Below are positions 47,361-51,151 of a stretch of DNA of 51,151 nt, in pieces. Source of the stretch: a virus (lineage: Duplodnaviria > Caudoviricetes); the IMG/VR virus record IMGVR_UViG_3300046170_000002, positions 1 to 51,151 of that record. One strand, given 5' to 3'. Both the position numbers and the translations under genes were made by a program. Under the pieces are notes generated by a model. That model was not told the DNA's origin and did no database searches. It worked only from the letters and a program-made list of their open reading frames with translations. Each line of letters begins with the position of its first letter. Within the stretch, counting starts at the first letter, position 1.

Positions 47361-50342
47361 TTAATCTAACCAACCGTCTAATATTGTTGATATAGAACGT
47401 AAGCTATCGTCCCATACGTCTTGTTTACCTACACCAGCTTCATTTCCTAAAGCAGCAATAAGCAATGAAGCTTTACGTTGTTGGTCATTATCCCACCTTT
47501 TAAAGTCATGGTCTGCCTCATCTCTTAATTCTTGCCATAAAAAGTTATTAGCAGAAGCAGTAAGACCAAAAGCATTCTGTGCGTTCTGTTGATTAACTGC
47601 ATTAAAAGCAGCAGTATCAGCAGTATTAGCTTTACGCCTCCACTCTACGTTTGACTGTGCAATTACTGTTTCATTCTGTGTATTAAATTGTTCTCTAGCA
47701 AAATCTTGCTGTGCATTAAATTTAGATACATCAGTTTTTAATTGAGATTCAGCTAGTTCAGCTTGTAACTCATTACCAACTCTTCTAGCTTCTGCAGCAT
47801 TATTTTGAGAAGCATTAAATTGTTCCATTGAATTTAACTGACTTGTATTAAATTGTTTGTTTTGTTCTTCAAGACTAGCCATAAACTGATTAGTTTGATT
47901 TTGACTAGTAGCATTAAACTGTGCTTGAGCATTTAAAGCAGACTGGTCAGATAAAAGTCTTTGTTGTTCTAATTGACTTTTCATCATACTTGCTTGTTGC
48001 TCATTATTAAGATTAGCCATGTCCATAGATAAAAAGTTTTGAGCATTACTAATTGCTAACTTAGTTCTTTGGTCTGCAGTAGCCATATCCATAGAAGCTA
48101 AAGCTGTAGCATTTTGCATTGCAGCTTGTTGTTCTGCATTCATGTTGGTAATAGATACTGTTTGCATAAACTTACTATTAGCTAATTCAACTTGTTGAGC
48201 TGAATTAAATTTAGTCATGTCCATATTTGCTTGGATATTAGCTCTTTGCATTGCAGTTTGTTGGTCAACATTAAGTTGAGCTAATCCCATTTGTTGAGCT
48301 AACTCACCATTTTTAATATTAACTTGCATTTGCTTATTAAGATTTGCAAGTTCTGTTTGTTGAGCAGCACTAAGATTTTCTGACCCAGCTTGATTAAGAG
48401 CTGATAAGTTTGCAAGTTTCATTTGCTGGTCATTAGATAAATTAGCTAAGTCCATTTGCTGTTTAAATCCAGCATTCTTAGATAAGAAATCTGCAGCAGT
48501 TTGCATTTCTGCCATACGTTCTTGATTGACTGCAGCTTGGTTAGCTCCTTCAACTTGTGCTTCTATCTGAAGCTCTGCCATATTTAACTGTTGTTCGTTA
48601 CCAAGATTTTGCATGTTTGTCTGCTGTTGGTTTTGAACATTAGTTATTGCAGCTTGTTGTTGATTCTGTAAGTTAGCTAATCTTGTTTGTTGTTGTTGTT
48701 CAGCAGTAGTCATTACAGCTTGTTGTGTAAATTGACTTTGCATTGTTCTCATTTGTTGAGACATCTGTGCAGTTTGACTTGCAGCATCTTGACGATTTGC
48801 TAAGTTCTGCATTCTTAATTGTTGTTCTTGAGTAGCTTGTTGTAAGTTTGCTTGTTGTTGATTACTTAAATTTTGAGCTGCTCTAGCTTGTAAAGCTTGT
48901 GCGTTATTTTGTGCCATTGGCATAGCACTTTGAATAATAGCATTAAATAATGAATCTCTACCTACAGTAGAAACACTAAGACCTCTTTGTGCCATTCCAG
49001 CATTAACAGCGTCTACAGCAGGTTTAGCCCACATAGGAATCTCACCGTCTTCCATACCACCTAATAAACTTTCCATCTGTGAAGATACTAAAGCTTCTGT
49101 AGGTAATGCAGCAATAGCAGCATTAACTTCTACAGGATTCTCATCTACTTGAGCTGTCATTGTTGCAGGGTCTTCTACAATAGCAGCAGCTATATCTTGT
49201 GGTATATTAGCAACTTCAGCTACCATAGATGCAGCAGCACCTTTAGCTTCAGTACCTTTTACTGCTCTTTGTTGTGCAGCTTCATAACCAGCAGTTCCAA
49301 TAACTTGTGCAGCTTGTCCAGCATTAGCAGGTTGACCTGTAATAGCTTCTCTTTCTTGAGCTTCAGCATCAGCAGTTCCAGCAAGTTGAATTTTAGCACC
49401 TGTTACGTTTGGAGCAAAAGCACCTGCAGATAAAACACCTTCTACATTTTTAGCTTTGGCAGCATTCATTACACTTGTTTCTATTTCAGCAGCTACTGCA
49501 GGTCCTGATAAAGTTCTTATTTCAGTTACACGAGCTTTTGCATCTGGGGATAATGTTCCTGTTTTAGCATCTACAGCTACTTGAGTCCCTGATACAGTTG
49601 TAGTAGGTGCTTGAGCTGCAGCAGCTACTTGTGTTTTAGGTCCTGTATCTCTAGCAGTACCTGTAGACACAGCTTCTGTTGCAGTAAACTCAACACGGTC
49701 AGCTACACCTCTTTCAGTGTCTTCCATTTGAGGTACATCTTCTCTTGCGATTTCAGTATCTTCTCTACCTATTGTAGCAGGTGTTGAAATTTGTGGAGTA
49801 TCAGCAGGAAGTACTCCTTGTGCTGTTAACTCTGCAGATGTTCCAGTTCTAGCAACTCTTTCTTCTCTAGCTGTATCTGTTGCAGTTTGAGTTGTAGTGC
49901 TTGTCTGGTCTATTGGGTCTTGAAGGTCTGGAGTAAATCCGGGTTTATTTACTGGGTCTCCTACTGGTCCTTCTTTTGGAGGAAGAATACCTCCATCTCT
50001 TGGAGGCATTATCGGAGTTTCTACTGGTCCACCCGGAGGAGTTACAGGAGGTCTTTCAATTGGTCCACTTGCACCACCACCCGGTCCACCTATTGATGGT
50101 GGTTGAATTGGTTTATCATTTGGAGGACCTTTAACTGGTCCACCCGGAGGAGCTACTGGTCCACCTTTCTTAGGAGGTAATCCCGGTCTTTCGTTGTCCT
50201 CAACAGTTGTAATACCGTCTCTAACTTTTTTACCTTTTCTATAACTTACTCTACCACCTTTAGACATATCTAATCTATTATCGGTAGTATATTTTTTAGT
50301 ATATTTTTTATTTCTTTTCTTTTGTTGTTTATTTTTTTTCAT
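47361..50342 (-). CDS. Large internal virion protein with Pro-rich N-terminus and Gln/Asn/Ala-rich coiled region
   Basis: 993 aa with long Q/N/A repeats, as in DNA-conduit ejection proteins. Confidence 0.6.
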   Translation of the reverse strand: MKKNKQQKKRNKKYTKKYTTDNRLDMSKGGRVSYRKGKKVRDGITTVEDNERPGLPPKKGGPVAPPGGPVKGPPNDKPIQPPSIGGPGGGASGPIERPPVTPPGGPVETPIMPPRDGGILPPKEGPVGDPVNKPGFTPDLQDPIDQTSTTTQTATDTAREERVARTGTSAELTAQGVLPADTPQISTPATIGREDTEIAREDVPQMEDTERGVADRVEFTATEAVSTGTARDTGPKTQVAAAAQAPTTTVSGTQVAVDAKTGTLSPDAKARVTEIRTLSGPAVAAEIETSVMNAAKAKNVEGVLSAGAFAPNVTGAKIQLAGTADAEAQEREAITGQPANAGQAAQVIGTAGYEAAQQRAVKGTEAKGAAASMVAEVANIPQDIAAAIVEDPATMTAQVDENPVEVNAAIAALPTEALVSSQMESLLGGMEDGEIPMWAKPAVDAVNAGMAQRGLSVSTVGRDSLFNAIIQSAMPMAQNNAQALQARAAQNLSNQQQANLQQATQEQQLRMQNLANRQDAASQTAQMSQQMRTMQSQFTQQAVMTTAEQQQQTRLANLQNQQQAAITNVQNQQQTNMQNLGNEQQLNMAELQIEAQVEGANQAAVNQERMAEMQTAADFLSKNAGFKQQMDLANLSNDQQMKLANLSALNQAGSENLSAAQQTELANLNKQMQVNIKNGELAQQMGLAQLNVDQQTAMQRANIQANMDMTKFNSAQQVELANSKFMQTVSITNMNAEQQAAMQNATALASMDMATADQRTKLAISNAQNFLSMDMANLNNEQQASMMKSQLEQQRLLSDQSALNAQAQFNATSQNQTNQFMASLEEQNKQFNTSQLNSMEQFNASQNNAAEARRVGNELQAELAESQLKTDVSKFNAQQDFAREQFNTQNETVIAQSNVEWRRKANTADTAAFNAVNQQNAQNAFGLTASANNFLWQELRDEADHDFKRWDNDQQRKASLLIAALGNEAGVGKQDVWDDSLRSISTILDGWLD

Positions 50343-50360
50343 TTAAATACCTATAAGTAT

Positions 50361-50389
50361 ATTCTACTTGACTTCAAAGAGTTTGTCAA
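50361..50389 (-). promoter_or_regulatory. Sigma70 promoter for the internal-protein / lysis / csg operon
   Basis: TTGACA (50389-50384), 17 nt, TAGAAT (50366-50361). Confidence 0.75.
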
Positions 50390-50606
50390 GCTTTTCTCCG
50401 ATTTTATCTATCCTATCCATGAGGATTCCCATGTCATCTTTAACTTCGTTTTTGGTTACATACTCTCTAGCTATCTCTTCACGAGTCTTGTTTAAGAGTA
50501 TGTCAAGGCGTTTAGCCTCTTCTGTGTTTTGTCTAATGCTGTAAAGCACTGGTGCTAACACCAAAGTTATAAATATATTCCAAAATAAATAAGGTGTTAG
50601 TTCCAT
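50364..50606 (-). CDS. Small membrane-anchored coiled-coil protein (start MELTPYLFW)
   Basis: N-terminal TM then LLNKTREEIAREYVTK coiled coil. Confidence 0.6.
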   Translation of the reverse strand: MELTPYLFWNIFITLVLAPVLYSIRQNTEEAKRLDILLNKTREEIAREYVTKNEVKDDMGILMDRIDKIGEKLDKLFEVK

Positions 50607-50613
50607 AGTGTTT

Positions 50614-50958
50614 TTATCCGATTGTTTTAGTAACGGATGTTGGTGTGATAAGTAATGCGATTTGAGCATCTAAGCTAGACTTCATAGCTGTTACAGCATC
50701 ACTACCCATAGCTGTTTCAACCCAGCCTTGTACGTCTGAAGCAGATAAATCTGCAAAAGCTGTAAAGCTTGACAAGTCTGAAGTATCTACAGATTGTGTT
50801 CCGTATGATGTAGCAGTCCAGTTGTTACCATCAGCATCCTGATTAGCATCGTCTTCTGCTGTTAATCTCCAATGCACGTTATAAACAACGTCTGCATTAC
50901 TATCTAGTGTTGGGTAAGTATCAACTGTTGAAACGTCCCAAGTATATCCAATTGCCAT
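50614..50958 (-). CDS. Tail-fibre-associated protein
   Basis: 114 aa following a fibre gene; AAGGAG Shine-Dalgarno; VVYNVHWRLTA and VQGWVE motifs. Confidence 0.6.
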   Translation of the reverse strand: MAIGYTWDVSTVDTYPTLDSNADVVYNVHWRLTAEDDANQDADGNNWTATSYGTQSVDTSDLSSFTAFADLSASDVQGWVETAMGSDAVTAMKSSLDAQIALLITPTSVTKTIG

Positions 50959-50959
50959 A

Positions 50960-51151
50960 TTATTCTCCTTTTAGTTTGTTAATTTCAGATTGTAAGGCTT
51001 CAATCTGTGCTTGTTGTTCTTTCATTCCTTTTACAAGGTGGACTACCAATTTGCTGTAATCCATCTGATACATTTCTTCTTCAGAACCTGATACTGCATT
51101 TGGTACTATGTCCATAACTTCTTGAGCTATTAAACCTTCGTCAGCTTGTCC
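50960..51151 (-). CDS. C-terminal end of a further tail fibre with intramolecular chaperone (5'-truncated)
   Basis: GLIAQEVMDIVPNAV...MDYSKLVVHLVKGMKEQQAQIEAL; stop at 50960-50962. Confidence 0.8.
   Translation of the reverse strand, partial: GQADEGLIAQEVMDIVPNAVSGSEEEMYQMDYSKLVVHLVKGMKEQQAQIEALQSEINKLKGE

Overview
AT-rich, near-complete genome of a marine-type podovirus with T7-like replication genes and no RNA polymerase gene of its own. The window opens and closes inside the tail-fibre cluster, so it is probably circularly permuted. The minus strand carries the late genes: terS, several small basic proteins, terL, portal, scaffold, capsid, tail adaptor/nozzle and fibres (1-16963), and large internal virion proteins, lysozyme, holin and an accessory module csgF-csgG-curlin-like-FecR-like-CHASE2 adenylate cyclase (33004-51151). 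The plus strand carries early genes, SSB, primase-helicase, PolA, nucleases and class I nrdAB (18001-32890). Near-consensus sigma70 promoters drive both arms. The most striking unannotated structure is a ~1.25 kb imperfect palindrome (about 17287-18542). Its left arm is a non-coding, decayed-looking inverted copy of the first two early genes with their promoter and terminator. The mismatches I inspected are mostly tandem G.A and G.T pairs when the MINUS strand is folded, the apex forks into two small hairpins, and a 9-nt bubble lies over the -10 box. This suggests a functional single-stranded fold-back expression cassette beside the probable genome terminus, followed by a phased DnaA-box array with AT-rich 12-mers. 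Other signals: a gene-32-like pseudoknot ahead of SSB, repeated RNA motifs ahead of the scaffold and early genes, and six single-base frameshifts that all look like two synonymous alleles merged by the assembler. All alignments and folds were done by eye; no database searches were run.
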